Positions 29,852 through 40,445 are shown, counted from the first letter of the stretch. The stretch: 64,000 nt of DNA from an uncultured delta proteobacterium (GCA_963783425.1 CAWANO010000010.1:613472-677471); one strand, 5' to 3'. Notes: a model not told the origin generated them from the letters alone. Numbers and translations: made by a program.

Positions 29852-31242
29852 ATGGGTACCGTTAGATTGTAGAGTTGATTGTTGCGTTGCACCAGTAACA
29901 CCACCGATGGGTGATGGCGATATTTGACCAGGGTTTTGCGCAAGAGTTGGCTGGAATCGACGCGGATATCGTTGATTTGGCGAATAATATCGCCCGGACG
30001 CACACCGATGCGGGCCAGTTCGCTACCGGTATCCACCTGGGTGATCATGACCCCGCCGCCTTCGTTTGATGCCTCCGCCACCGTGATGCCCAGCAGCAGG
30101 TGTGGCAACCGTGCGACCAGCTCTTCGGGGAAATCGGCTGTGATCACGGATACTTTCCGGGAGGCGCCATTGCGCCAGAGGCGGATATTGAGGGATTGCC
30201 CGGCGGAAAATCTTTTGATCAGCAAGCGGTAAGCGTTGGTCGAGGGCAACGGGCGGTCGTCGATGGCCAGAACCACATCGCCCTCGACGATGCCGGCCAG
30301 CCCGGCGGGGCTGTCGGGGAAAACGGACTTAACCACCAGCCCGCCGTCGCGGTATTCACTTTCTGGCAGCTTCAGGTAGTTGATCAGGGTGTCGTCCAGG
30401 GGCTGCAGGGTCAGGCCAAGCCAGACTGGCACCACCTCGCCATGGGTAATGAGGTCGGCGATAATCTTGCGAGCCTGGGCCACAGGGATGGCGAAACCAA
30501 TGCCCTGAGCCTTGGCGTAGATAGCCGTGTTGATGCCGATCAACTCACCGGTGATGTCGAGCAGCGGACCACCGCTGTTGCCTGGGTTGATCGAAGCGTC
30601 GGTTTGGATGAAGTCACGGTGCACATAGCGGTCGGTTCGAATGGTGCGGTTGAGAGCGCTGATGACACCCGTGGTGACCGAGTTGGAAAAACCGAAAGGG
30701 TTTCCGATGGCGATCACCGTCTCTCCGATAAGCAGCTTGCGATCGGCGCCCAGAGCGACAGATGGGAGGGGCTCTTGCGAGGCGATGCGCAGCACTGCCA
30801 GGTCGGATTCCGGGTCAACACCCACGATCTCGGCCTCGAACTGGCGCTGGTCTTGCAGCATGACCGATATTTGGGCGGTGTTGTCGATCACATGGGCGTT
30901 GGTGAGAATGAATCCTTTTTGACCATCGATGATTATGCCGGACCCCAGGCTGGCGCGCTGAGGGCGGGGTTCGTAGCCCGGTTCGAAAAAATCCTTAAAA
31001 AAAGAGTCGAAAAAGGGATTGAGGCCTAAGCCCGGAAACGGCGAGCGGCGAAGGTTTTGCTGACGGGCCGTGCTGATATTGACCACGGCTGGTCCCACCC
31101 GCTGAACGGCCTTGACGACGGGGGTTTCGTAGATGGTCTGGTTAACGTCGCTTTGGGCAATTGCCAGACCCGTTAAGAGCAGTGACGCTAAAAATGCGTT
31201 GAAAACGCTTGCAATATTGATTTTTAGGTGTGGTTTTGACAT
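29848..31242 (-). CDS. DegP/HtrA-family periplasmic serine protease with two PDZ domains
   Basis: 'TNAHV', 'DLAVLRI' and 'GNSGGPLL' form the catalytic triad context. Two PDZ-like segments follow. The signal peptide starts at the ATG at 31242; the track ORF begins at the GTG at 31278. Confidence 0.85.
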   Translation of the reverse strand: MSKPHLKINIASVFNAFLASLLLTGLAIAQSDVNQTIYETPVVKAVQRVGPAVVNISTARQQNLRRSPFPGLGLNPFFDSFFKDFFEPGYEPRPQRASLGSGIIIDGQKGFILTNAHVIDNTAQISVMLQDQRQFEAEIVGVDPESDLAVLRIASQEPLPSVALGADRKLLIGETVIAIGNPFGFSNSVTTGVISALNRTIRTDRYVHRDFIQTDASINPGNSGGPLLDITGELIGINTAIYAKAQGIGFAIPVAQARKIIADLITHGEVVPVWLGLTLQPLDDTLINYLKLPESEYRDGGLVVKSVFPDSPAGLAGIVEGDVVLAIDDRPLPSTNAYRLLIKRFSAGQSLNIRLWRNGASRKVSVITADFPEELVARLPHLLLGITVAEASNEGGGVMITQVDTGSELARIGVRPGDIIRQINDIRVDSSQLLRKTLVKYRHHPSVVLLVQRNNQLYNLTVPI

Positions 31243-31283
31243 AATAAATCTTTTTTTAATTATCACAGATAGCCTCACATACC

Positions 31284-33845
31284 ATGCCCGATACCGTGCT
31301 TCAAGACATCCTGAGCGGTGTGCGCCAGCCCAGCCGTTACCTGGGTCACGAGGTGAACCATATGCGCAAGGATCCTCAAAGCGTGCGCCTGAAGGTGGCC
31401 TTGGCCTTTCCCGATCTTTATGAGATAGGCACCTCTCACTTCGGCCTTCAGATTCTCTACAGCTTGCTCAACGCGCGCCCGGAAATCGCAGCGGAACGCG
31501 TTTTTGCACCTGATCTGGATATGGAGGCACAGCTGCGCCGCTACAGGCGACCGTTGATGAGTCTCGAATCGAAGCGGCCCTTAGATCAATTCGACATAAT
31601 CGGCTTTAGCCTGCTCTCAGAGCTCAACTACACCAATGTGCTATACATGCTCGATTTGGCACGGATACCGTTTCGGGCTGAGCATCGTGAACAGTGCCAC
31701 CCCCTGGTGATTGCCGGCGGGCCCTGTATGTTCAACCCGGAGCCGGTGGCGGACTTTTTCGACGCCATTGTTGTCGGTGACGGCGAAGAGGCCATCCTGG
31801 CCATGGCCGATGCCTGGCTGATGTGGCAAACCGAGGGAGATGGATATCGCAAGAGCCTGTTGCAGCAGTGGCGGGGCGTTGCCGGGGTTTACATCCCTGC
31901 CTTCTACGAGACCACATTCGATGGTAAGGGCCTGCCGCACACCGCACCGCGCGATCGGTCCCGGACCGGCGTCCGCCGGGCGATCTTATCCGACCTGGCC
32001 AAAATACCCCCTCCGGACGACCCCATCGTGCCCTATGGTCGGCCGGTTCATGACCGCCTGCGGGTGGAGGTGGCGCGGGGGTGCACGCGCGGGTGCCGGT
32101 TCTGCCAAGCGGGCATGATCTACCGTCCGGTTCGCGAACGTTCGCTGGGCAACCTGCTTGATTATACCACCAGGGCGCTGGGCAACACCGGTTTTGACGA
32201 GTTGTCGCTGCTCTCCCTGAGCACCGGTGATTACAGCTGTATCGAACCCTTGATGACCCGGCTTGGCGAGCGGTTTACGCGGCAGCACAACGCCATCAGT
32301 TTGCCATCATTGCGGGTGGACACTCTTTCCGACGAAATGATCGACTTGATCAAGTCGGTGCGCAAGACCGGTTTTACCATGGCCCCCGAGGCCGGCAGCC
32401 AGCGGCTGCGCGACGTCATCAACAAGAATATCCGCCAAACGGAAATTTTTGATACGGTCAGGCGGGTGTTTGAACATGGCTGGCGGCTGATCAAGCTCTA
32501 TTTCATGATCGGGCTGCCCACCGAGCGTGACACCGACCGGGCCGCCATTGCCGAACTGGCTCGAGAGCTGCGCCATATTCGGATGTCTCACCTGAAATCG
32601 CCCCCGGCATTGAACATCAGCGTGGCCACCTTTATTCCCAAGGCACATACACCCTTTCAATGGATGGCCCAAATGGCGCCGGATGAGGCCACGGATGCGC
32701 TGGAGCGGCTCAGGGCGCAGGTTAAACGCACGGGCGCCCGCTTCAAATGGCAGGATCCACTGACCAGTTATCTTGAGGGTGTTTTTTCACGCGGCGATCG
32801 GCGCTTGTCGCACCTGCTCGAAAAAGCCCACGCACTGGGGTGTCGCTTCGATGGCTGGAGCGACCACTTCGATTTCGAGCGCTGGCAGAGCGCCATGACC
32901 CAAAGCGGTGTTGATCCGGCCTTTTACACCACCCGCCGCCGGAATCTTGACGAGCCCCTGCCATGGGAGCATATCGATTCCGGGGTGAGCAAGGCTTATC
33001 TTGGCGATGAGTTGACGCGGGCGCTGGCCGGTGATCTAACCCCAGACTGCCGATTGGGACAGTGCAATCAGTGCGGGGTTTGCGATTTCGACACGATTGC
33101 TCCGGTGGTGCACACTTGTGAGACCCCAACGCCCACCGGTGCGGCAACGGAACCGGTGAATGCGCGCGCCGAGGGCACGCCGGCCCAAACCCTGCGGATC
33201 ACCTTCACCAAGACAGGGTCAGCCCGGTTCTTCGGCCACCTGGAGATGGTCAACATATTCACGCGTGCCCTGAAGCGCAGCCGGGTATCGGTGGCGTTCA
33301 GCCATGGATTTCACCCCAAACCCAAGATCCGCTTCGAGGATTCGTTGCCGGTGGGAATGGAGAGTCTGGCCGAAAGCATGTGGGTACAGGTGGTTTGCCC
33401 GGTGGACCCCCAAGCTCTTGCGACGATGCTCAACGGCACGCTTCCCCCGGGGTTGGCCGTTGTTGGTTGTCGGGTGAGCTCATTGCAGCGCAGCAAAACC
33501 AATGCCGAGCCGGTTACCTACCACATTCAACGCAACCAGGGGCGCTTTGAGAAAGCGGCCCTGAAGCGCTTCAACGACGCGGCGCAATGGGTGGCTGAAA
33601 AATCAAGTCCCAAGCGACCCGCACGGCGCATCGATCTCAAAGCGGCCGTAGGTGCCTTACACCTGTTGGCCGATGACACCCTTTGTATGACCTTGAAACC
33701 CAGCGGGGAGGCGCTGGTGCGGCCGGCCCTGGTGCTGGGCGCCCTGTTCGGGCTCAGCCCGCTGGAGATTACGCAGTTACGCATCGTCAAGCAACCATTG
33801 GCGCAACCCAGCAAGGATGGCATTCAGGCATGTTACGGCAATTGA
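31284..33845 (+). CDS. B12-binding-domain radical SAM protein fused to a radical-SAM-associated C-terminal domain
   Basis: 'VEVARGCTRGCRFCQAG' is the CxxxCxxC cluster. The N-terminal part is B12-binding-like. The C-terminal ~230 aa ('LRITFTKTGSARFFGHLEMVNIF') resembles the DUF2344-type partner domain. Confidence 0.8.
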   Translation: MPDTVLQDILSGVRQPSRYLGHEVNHMRKDPQSVRLKVALAFPDLYEIGTSHFGLQILYSLLNARPEIAAERVFAPDLDMEAQLRRYRRPLMSLESKRPLDQFDIIGFSLLSELNYTNVLYMLDLARIPFRAEHREQCHPLVIAGGPCMFNPEPVADFFDAIVVGDGEEAILAMADAWLMWQTEGDGYRKSLLQQWRGVAGVYIPAFYETTFDGKGLPHTAPRDRSRTGVRRAILSDLAKIPPPDDPIVPYGRPVHDRLRVEVARGCTRGCRFCQAGMIYRPVRERSLGNLLDYTTRALGNTGFDELSLLSLSTGDYSCIEPLMTRLGERFTRQHNAISLPSLRVDTLSDEMIDLIKSVRKTGFTMAPEAGSQRLRDVINKNIRQTEIFDTVRRVFEHGWRLIKLYFMIGLPTERDTDRAAIAELARELRHIRMSHLKSPPALNISVATFIPKAHTPFQWMAQMAPDEATDALERLRAQVKRTGARFKWQDPLTSYLEGVFSRGDRRLSHLLEKAHALGCRFDGWSDHFDFERWQSAMTQSGVDPAFYTTRRRNLDEPLPWEHIDSGVSKAYLGDELTRALAGDLTPDCRLGQCNQCGVCDFDTIAPVVHTCETPTPTGAATEPVNARAEGTPAQTLRITFTKTGSARFFGHLEMVNIFTRALKRSRVSVAFSHGFHPKPKIRFEDSLPVGMESLAESMWVQVVCPVDPQALATMLNGTLPPGLAVVGCRVSSLQRSKTNAEPVTYHIQRNQGRFEKAALKRFNDAAQWVAEKSSPKRPARRIDLKAAVGALHLLADDTLCMTLKPSGEALVRPALVLGALFGLSPLEITQLRIVKQPLAQPSKDGIQACYGN

Positions 33846-35398
33846 TCATCAATGAAAATATTCATGAAACGCGTGTGGCGCTTTTGGAAGACGGCACCAT
33901 CGTGGAGCTGTTCATCGAGCGCGGCGACGACAGCGAGATCACCGGCAATGTCTACAAAGGTGTTGTTCAGCGGGTACTGCCCGGCATGCAGGCGGCCTTC
34001 GTGGATATCGGCCTCGATCAGGCGGCCTTTATACATGTAGGCGATATCAACGGCCACCATCCCGATGTCGGCTTCAGTGCGCCTGACACCCAGCTCGAAG
34101 AGGCGGCCCATGAAGGCGCCCTCCCGCTTGGGGACGAAGTGGCGGAAGTCGGCAGCAGCGCGCAGGGCCGCCGTCCCATCGAAGAGTTGTTGTTCGAGGG
34201 GCAGCAGATCCTGGTGCATGTCATCAAGTCCCCTCTGGGTCATAAAGGTCCCAGGGTAACCACCTACGTCTCTTTGCCGGGCCGATTTCTGGTGCTGATG
34301 CCCCATTCCGACCATGTGGGTATCAGTCGCAAAATCGAAGATGAGGCCGAACGCCAGCGCCTCAAAGAGGCAATGAACCAGCTGCGTGAGGATCAATGCG
34401 GCTACATCGTACGCACGGCCGCCGAGGGGACGGCTCCGGAAAAACTGGCCGACGAGATGCGTTTTTTACGCAGCCTCTGGGAATCGATCCAGCAAAAATT
34501 TAAAACCGCATCGGCCCCGGCACGATTGCACAAGGAGCTCAACGTGAGCCTGAGGGCCGTGCGTGACCTGCTCACCAACGAAGCTGAAAAAGTGGTCACC
34601 GACTCTCAAAACGTGTACGACTCGGTGCTCTCTTTCCTTAGCACCTACATGCCCACCCTGAAAGACTCCATCACGCTCTACCAGGGCCCCGAGCCGCTCT
34701 TTGACGCATACAATCTGGAGGGGGATATATCGCGGACGTTGAAACGAAAAGTGTGGCTGAAGTCGGGCGGGTACGTCGTTATCGAGCAGACCGAGGCCTT
34801 GTGCGCCATCGATGTCAACACCGGCCGCTATGTGGGCAAGCACAATTTGGACGAAACTATCTTGAAGACCAATCTGGAGGCCGTCAAGGAGATCGCCTAC
34901 CAGCTGCGCCTGCGGGACATCAGCGGCATCATCATCATCGATTTCATTGATATGGAAAAAAAGGCCAATCAGATCAAGGTCTACAATGCCCTCAAGGAGC
35001 GCCTGCGCCTGGACCGTAGCAAAACCCACGTGTTGCCTATTTCGGAGCTGGGTCTGGTCCAGATGACCCGTAAGCGGGTGCGCCAGCCACTCACCAACCT
35101 GATGTCGGAACCCTGTTTTTACTGCGAGGGCGAGGGTCATCTGCTCTCGCGACGTTCGATTTGTTACGCGATCTACAGGGAGGTGCTGCGCGAAGCGTGG
35201 GACCTGCCGGGCAATGGCATCACTTTGCGGGTCAATCCCGAGATCGCCGAACTGCTCTATCACGAGGAACAGCGCCTGATCGACTCTCTTGAGAAACGGG
35301 TGGGCAAAAAGATCGAAATATATCCCAACGAAAAGTACCATCTGGAACAGTTCGATCTTTTTGAAGTTTTAGATATTGACAAACCTAAAACTTTTTGA
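33830..35398 (+). CDS. rng: Rne/Rng-family ribonuclease (RNase G-like)
   Basis: From the ATG at 33830 the protein reads 'MLRQLIINENIHETRVALLEDG' (S1 domain start). It also has 'GNVYKGVVQRVLPGMQAAFVDIG', 'IDVNTG' and 'GIIIIDFIDM'. The gene overlaps the upstream gene's end by 16 nt. Confidence 0.85.
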   Translation: MLRQLIINENIHETRVALLEDGTIVELFIERGDDSEITGNVYKGVVQRVLPGMQAAFVDIGLDQAAFIHVGDINGHHPDVGFSAPDTQLEEAAHEGALPLGDEVAEVGSSAQGRRPIEELLFEGQQILVHVIKSPLGHKGPRVTTYVSLPGRFLVLMPHSDHVGISRKIEDEAERQRLKEAMNQLREDQCGYIVRTAAEGTAPEKLADEMRFLRSLWESIQQKFKTASAPARLHKELNVSLRAVRDLLTNEAEKVVTDSQNVYDSVLSFLSTYMPTLKDSITLYQGPEPLFDAYNLEGDISRTLKRKVWLKSGGYVVIEQTEALCAIDVNTGRYVGKHNLDETILKTNLEAVKEIAYQLRLRDISGIIIIDFIDMEKKANQIKVYNALKERLRLDRSKTHVLPISELGLVQMTRKRVRQPLTNLMSEPCFYCEGEGHLLSRRSICYAIYREVLREAWDLPGNGITLRVNPEIAELLYHEEQRLIDSLEKRVGKKIEIYPNEKYHLEQFDLFEVLDIDKPKTF

Positions 35399-35405
35399 TC
35401 ATAAT
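35376..35405 (+). promoter_or_regulatory. candidate sigma70-type promoter for rpmH-rnpA
   Basis: TTGACA (35376-35381), an 18-nt spacer and CATAAT (35400-35405) lie about 78 nt upstream of the rpmH ATG in an AT-rich spacer. This is sequence resemblance only. Confidence 0.3.
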
Positions 35406-35482
35406 TAATGTTTATATTTATGACATCAGAGATAAACTCGACACTTAAACTTGTTTCAGGATAATTATAGAGGACATATAAG

Positions 35483-35617
35483 ATGAAACGCACCTATCAG
35501 CCCAGTCGTATCAAGCGGGCACGAAAGCATGGTTTTTTAAAACGGATGTCGAGCAAGCAGGGGCGTCGCGTTATCAATCGTCGGCGGGCCAAAGGGCGCA
35601 AGCGGTTGGCCGTGTGA
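35483..35617 (+). CDS. rpmH: 50S ribosomal protein L34
   Basis: This gene is not in the ORF track because it is under 60 aa. It translates to [44 protein letters not shown]. Confidence 0.95.
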   Translation: MKRTYQPSRIKRARKHGFLKRMSSKQGRRVINRRRAKGRKRLAV

Positions 35618-35979
35618 TCGAAGCCGGACAGCGATTTCGCAAAAGCGAGCGATTGCGAAAACGGCATGAATTCACCCATTTGACCCGTAGTGGATATCAG
35701 TGCCAGGATCGGAATTTTATCATTCGCTATGGGGTCAACGACTACGACCGCGCACGCCTTGGCGTCACCGCGACAAAGCGCATCGGCGGCGCCGTCACCC
35801 GCAATCGCCTCAAACGGGTTTTACGTGAATTTTTCAGAACCCATCGATTTCGGGTGGCCATCGGCGTTGATTACAACATCATCGTCAAAAGCGGTGCTGT
35901 AACACTGACGACCGACCAAATTTTCAAAGCGCTCGAAGCGCTGTTTGATGAGATTTCCAATCGGATCAACACTGCATAA
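35614..35979 (+). CDS. rnpA: ribonuclease P protein component
   Basis: The start overlaps the rpmH stop. The basic protein reads '[12 protein letters not shown]...[23 protein letters not shown]'. Confidence 0.85.
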   Translation: MIEAGQRFRKSERLRKRHEFTHLTRSGYQCQDRNFIIRYGVNDYDRARLGVTATKRIGGAVTRNRLKRVLREFFRTHRFRVAIGVDYNIIVKSGAVTLTTDQIFKALEALFDEISNRINTA

Positions 35980-36193
35980 CGTCACCATCCAGCTCTTTCT
36001 GGGTGCGATTCGGACCTACCAACTAGCCCTGTCGCCCTTGTGGGGCCCGACGTGCCGATTCCACCCAAGCTGCTCCGAATATGCTCATCAAGCCATAGCC
36101 CGTTACGGACTTTCCAAGGGATTTTATCTGGCGGTACGACGGCTGCTGAAATGCCACCCATTTCACCCCGGGGGTTATGATCCTTTACCGTAA
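35945..36193 (+). CDS. yidD: membrane protein insertion efficiency factor YidD
   Basis: 'YQLALSPLWGPTCRFHPSCSEYAHQAI...LLKCHPFHPGGYDPLP' is the YidD signature. The exact start is uncertain. Confidence 0.85.
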   Translation: MMRFPIGSTLHNVTIQLFLGAIRTYQLALSPLWGPTCRFHPSCSEYAHQAIARYGLSKGFYLAVRRLLKCHPFHPGGYDPLP

Positions 36194-36330
36194 ATCTGTT
36201 TAAATTTAATTATCTGGAATAGTTAAGAACATCACTTTTTTAGGCGTAGTGACAAGGCCAGCCGGCACGGCCGAGCCCGAACGATTCAATGCCAATGACG
36301 GCCACAGATGAGCGTAAGTGAGGAAAACCG

Positions 36331-38007
36331 ATGGAGCAAGGACGGCTGATATTAGCGATCGCCCTGTCATTACTCATATTTTTGGCGTGGGATTTTTTCT
36401 TTGTAAAGCCGCAACAATCCCCTCCCCAGCAGGCCCAAGAGACCGCCACCCCAAAAGCGACCCAGGAACCGGTTCAAAGCCCGACCTTACCAGCCCCTGA
36501 ACTGGCGCCGGTGACCGCCCCGGCGGCCGATCAAACCGTCGCGCAAACACCGCCCCAGGCGGTTGCCGGGCGTAGCTACAGCGTGGAGACCCCGCTTTTA
36601 AAGGCCGAGATATCCGAAAAAGGGGCCGTTATCACCCAGCTCACCTTAAAAAACTACCGAGAAGAAGCCCGCCATGATTCTCCTTTAAAAGCGTTGATTT
36701 CCGAACAAAATACGTTGGGCAGCGTGCTGACCCAGTTTACCGAAAAGAGTGTTGTCGGTCTGGATGGAGCTGTTTTTCGAAGCGATAGTCCGGCTGCACA
36801 GATCGCCATTAAAGAGGGGCAGCAAACGCTGACCTTCACCTGGCGCTCGCCGCAAAACATTGTGATTGAAAAGCGCTTTACCTTCAAGGCCGACAGCTAC
36901 CTGATCGATTATGGTGTGACGGTCAAAAACGAAAGCGAGCAGCCCTTTCAAGACCGCCTGGCCGTGGCGCTGGTCAAATACGATGAGAGCGATAAAAGGG
37001 CCTACGGGTTTCAAGGCCCCAGCGGTCTGATAAACGGGTCACTGCAACAGGTCAAGAAGAAAAACATCGCCGAGCATGAACCCATCAACGGCGACATCGC
37101 CTGGGTCGCCATCCAGGAACGCTACTTTTTAAGCAGTATTATACCAGCCAGCCCGGCAGATCGCACCATGGCGCTGGACCTGGTGGGCGAACAGTTGATC
37201 GTCAACCGCTTGGTGAGTCCGCCCACCACCTTCAATCCCCAGGGGGAGAAGGTGTTCGATTATCAGCTCTTTTTCGGGCCTAAAAGCTTACGGCTGCTGC
37301 GGGAGTTAAACAACGATCTGGCCAAAGCGGTCAATTTCGGGATGTTCGATTTTCTGGCCAAACCCTGTTTGTGGTTGATGAATTTCATCTACGACCACGT
37401 GGTTTCCAACTACGGTATCGCCATCATCATTCTCACCCTTCTGACCAAACTGGTGTTGTGGCCGCTGGGCAACAAGAGCTACAAATCGATGGGCGAGATG
37501 AAGAAGATCCAGCCCTTGATGACCGAAATTCGCGAAAAATACAAGGATGATAAGAAGAAACAAAACGAAGAGATCATGGCCCTCTACCGGACCTACAAGG
37601 TTAACCCCATGGGCGGTTGCTTGCCGATGGTGGTCCAAATTCCTATCTTTTTCGCGCTTTACCGAATGCTCTACGAAGCCATCGAGCTGCGACATGCCCC
37701 GTTTTTCGGGTGGATCAACGACCTTTCGGCACCGGACCGCTTGTTTGATTTCGGATTTTCGATCCCGCTCATGCAGCCGCCCTACGGCATTCCCGTATTG
37801 ACACTTTTGATGGGGGCGAGCATGTTTTTACAGCAGAAAATGCAACCGGCCATGGGTGACTCGACGCAAGCCAAGATGATGATGCTGATGCCCATCTTTT
37901 TCACCGTTATTTTTGTCAATTTTTCCGCCGGGTTGGTGCTTTACTGGCTTGTAAATAACGTGGTTTCCATCGGCCAACAATTTTATGTGCAGCGCAAACG
38001 CGCGTAG
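36331..38007 (+). CDS. yidC: membrane protein insertase YidC
   Basis: It has an N-terminal TM helix, a large periplasmic domain, and a conserved C-terminal core ('KMQPLMTEIREKYKDDKKKQNEE', 'GCLPMVVQIPIFFALY'). Confidence 0.9.
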   Translation: MEQGRLILAIALSLLIFLAWDFFFVKPQQSPPQQAQETATPKATQEPVQSPTLPAPELAPVTAPAADQTVAQTPPQAVAGRSYSVETPLLKAEISEKGAVITQLTLKNYREEARHDSPLKALISEQNTLGSVLTQFTEKSVVGLDGAVFRSDSPAAQIAIKEGQQTLTFTWRSPQNIVIEKRFTFKADSYLIDYGVTVKNESEQPFQDRLAVALVKYDESDKRAYGFQGPSGLINGSLQQVKKKNIAEHEPINGDIAWVAIQERYFLSSIIPASPADRTMALDLVGEQLIVNRLVSPPTTFNPQGEKVFDYQLFFGPKSLRLLRELNNDLAKAVNFGMFDFLAKPCLWLMNFIYDHVVSNYGIAIIILTLLTKLVLWPLGNKSYKSMGEMKKIQPLMTEIREKYKDDKKKQNEEIMALYRTYKVNPMGGCLPMVVQIPIFFALYRMLYEAIELRHAPFFGWINDLSAPDRLFDFGFSIPLMQPPYGIPVLTLLMGASMFLQQKMQPAMGDSTQAKMMMLMPIFFTVIFVNFSAGLVLYWLVNNVVSIGQQFYVQRKRA

Positions 38008-38023
38008 AGTGAAGGGAGTATTC

Positions 38024-38873
38024 ATGGCGCGGCAGCGAGAGTTTGAAGGACGCAACGTCGCCGAGGCCGTCGACAAGGCGTGCCAAGCGCTTGCGGTAGA
38101 GACCAAAAAGATCAAATATGAGGTGGTTTCCTTCGGGTCAACGGGTATCTTCGGACTGGTTGGGGCCCGCAAGGCCAAAATAGCCGTCAAGGAGCCTGAA
38201 AAAGCCTTAAAACCGAAACCAGCGGCGCCACCGCACGAACCCGAACCTCATCCCCAACCCGTAATCGCGGAGGTGGCGGATGAGGCCCAGGTCGCCACCG
38301 GCCCCGAGGCACCCGCCGGTCCGCCAGACGAGGAGACATCCCCAAACGGCCCTAAAAAGGCCTGATCTCAGCGCCGCACAAGCGCGCGCCGAGACCTATT
38401 TAAAACTCATCGCCGAAGCCATCAGCGAGAATCCAACCCTTGAAAGCAACATCAATGGGGATGGGATCGAGATCGACATCAACAGCGACAACCCGGCTGT
38501 TTTGATCGGTAAACGCGGTCAAACCCTTATGGCGATGCAATATCTGGTGGAACGCGCGCTCAATCACCGTTGCGCAACCGCTGATGAGCGGATTCCAGTC
38601 CATCTCGATGTGGCTGGCTATCAGGCCAGGCGACGCGAAAACCTCATCAAGCTGTCACACCGTTTGGCCGAGAAAGCGCAGCGCGTCGGAAAACCGGTCA
38701 CGATCGGTCAACTCAACCCGTCTGAACGCCGCATCGTACATGTAGCCCTCAGGGGAAACCATGCCGTTCGCACCCACAGCACGGGCGGCGGCTATGTTCG
38801 CAAGCTGACCATTTTTCCCAACGGCAACCGTCGAAAGCCCTTAAACGGGGGCCAGCCTGTGCATATCGATTAA
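38024..38873 (+). CDS. jag: Jag/KhpB-type RNA-binding protein (Jag_N, KH and R3H), interrupted by a 1-nt frameshift at an A5 run (38354-38358)
   Basis: GAAGGGAG RBS lies upstream. The Jag_N domain ('FEGRNVAEAVDKACQAL...') and a Pro/Glu linker are in track ORF 37985..38365. The KH ('LIGKRGQTLMAMQYLV') and R3H ('LNPSERRIVHVAL') domains are in the +1-frame ORF 38280..38873. Confidence 0.8.
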
Positions 38874-38935
38874 AGGTGTTGGCCGCGGTTTGCCCTCCAT
38901 CGGCTTTGCACCTAAAATGACAGTGAAGATAGCGG

Positions 38936-40417
38936 TTGGGTCGGCCCCAACGCATTCAGCGATTGTCTATATTAGCACCCAAACGACCCTTGAATGTCCC
39001 CCTATCACCATCGGGCAGAAAGCCTGACAGGCTTTTGCGAACCGATACTATAGCAGCTATCGCCACCCCACCCGGTCGCGGCGGTATTGGTATTATCCGT
39101 CTTTCGGGTTCCCAGGCTTTTACCCTCGCAGAGCGCATCTTTCACCCGGCGCGGCCACAATCACCAAGACCCTTGGCGCGGCCCGCCTATGGGCACATCC
39201 GTGACCCGCACAACCAGGTGCTGCTCGACGAGATTTTACTGTCGCGCATGCGCGCGCCGCATTCCTACACCTGTGAAGATATGGTCGAAATCAACACCCA
39301 CGCCGGCCGCGCAACCTTGGAGTCTGTTTTGCGGTTGGTGCTCGGGTTGGGGGCGCGGCTGGCCGAACCGGGCGAGTTCACCCGTCGGGCCTTCGTCAAC
39401 GGTCGCATCGATTTGAGCCAGGCTGAGGCGGTGGCGGAGCTGATCAACGCCAAATCCGAGCGTGCAGCCCTTATGGCCACCACCAATCTAAGCGGAGCGC
39501 TTCGGGATATGATCGAGGCCGTTTGTCGTCGACTGACGGCCATCGAGGCCCGCATCGAAACCGCAATCGATTTTATTGAAGACACCGAGGACGAAATCAT
39601 CACCCCGGACTTGACAAGCCAGATCAGGACTGATGTGATCAAGCCCCTACAACAGCTTGTAAAGCAATACGACCGGCAGCACCTCTTTCAGGAGGGTGCC
39701 GTCGTGGCCCTTGTGGGAAAGCCCAATGTGGGAAAATCGAGCCTGCTCAACGCCCTTTTGAAAAACGAACGCGCCATCGTCACCGACATACCGGGCACCA
39801 CGCGCGATATGATCGAAGAGAGTCTGATCATCGGCCAGGTTCCGGTTCTGCTGGTGGATACGGCGGGGTTGAGATCCCCCAAAGACCTGGTTGAAGAGAT
39901 CGGGATTGAAAAAACCCGCCAGCGGGCCGCGGGTGCTGATCTGGTTGTACTGCTGGTTGATGCGTCGAGACCGCTTGAGACGGCAGACCTGGAGGCTTTT
40001 ACGGCGGTGAAACAGCAACAACCGGTGATTGTTTACAACAAAATTGATCTATGCAATGACGCTATGGTGATAGATGCGCCCTCGGAGTGGCAAGACCTGG
40101 ACAGCGTAAAAATTTCGGCCAAATATTTATACGGGTTGGAGCACCTTGAAACGGTGCTAAGCTGGCGCTTGACTGGGACGGCGGCGCTGGCAACGGAAGC
40201 GGCGAGCCCCGTTCCAAATTTTCGCCAGAAAAACACAATTTTTGAGGCGCTCGAGTGTGCGGAGGCGCTGGCGCGAGGTCTGAGTGATGCGATGCCACTG
40301 GAGCTGGTGGCTATCGAAGCCCGCCAGGCGCGCAAAGCGCTGCAGCGAGTGAGTGGTGTTGACTTGGATGAGGCGCTTCTAGATGAAATCTTCGGCCAGT
40401 TTTGCATTGGAAAATAA
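38936..40417 (+). CDS. mnmE: tRNA uridine-5-carboxymethylaminomethyl modification GTPase MnmE
   Basis: It has 'DTIAAIATPPGRGGIGIIRLSG', the G-domain motif 'GKPNVGKSSLLNAL' and the C-terminal 'FCIGK'. The true start is probably the TTG near 39035, so the listed N-terminal ~33 aa look like an extension. Confidence 0.9.
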   Translation: MGRPQRIQRLSILAPKRPLNVPLSPSGRKPDRLLRTDTIAAIATPPGRGGIGIIRLSGSQAFTLAERIFHPARPQSPRPLARPAYGHIRDPHNQVLLDEILLSRMRAPHSYTCEDMVEINTHAGRATLESVLRLVLGLGARLAEPGEFTRRAFVNGRIDLSQAEAVAELINAKSERAALMATTNLSGALRDMIEAVCRRLTAIEARIETAIDFIEDTEDEIITPDLTSQIRTDVIKPLQQLVKQYDRQHLFQEGAVVALVGKPNVGKSSLLNALLKNERAIVTDIPGTTRDMIEESLIIGQVPVLLVDTAGLRSPKDLVEEIGIEKTRQRAAGADLVVLLVDASRPLETADLEAFTAVKQQQPVIVYNKIDLCNDAMVIDAPSEWQDLDSVKISAKYLYGLEHLETVLSWRLTGTAALATEAASPVPNFRQKNTIFEALECAEALARGLSDAMPLELVAIEARQARKALQRVSGVDLDEALLDEIFGQFCIGK

Positions 40418-40429
40418 ACCTGATCGCCA

Positions 40430-40445
40430 TGTTTCACGTGAAACA
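40430..40445. other. parS: parS (ParB-binding centromere-like site), perfect consensus palindrome
   Basis: The site is TGTTTCACGTGAAACA. With its flanks it is an 18-bp perfect palindrome (40429-40446), located 12 nt after the mnmE stop. Confidence 0.85.
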
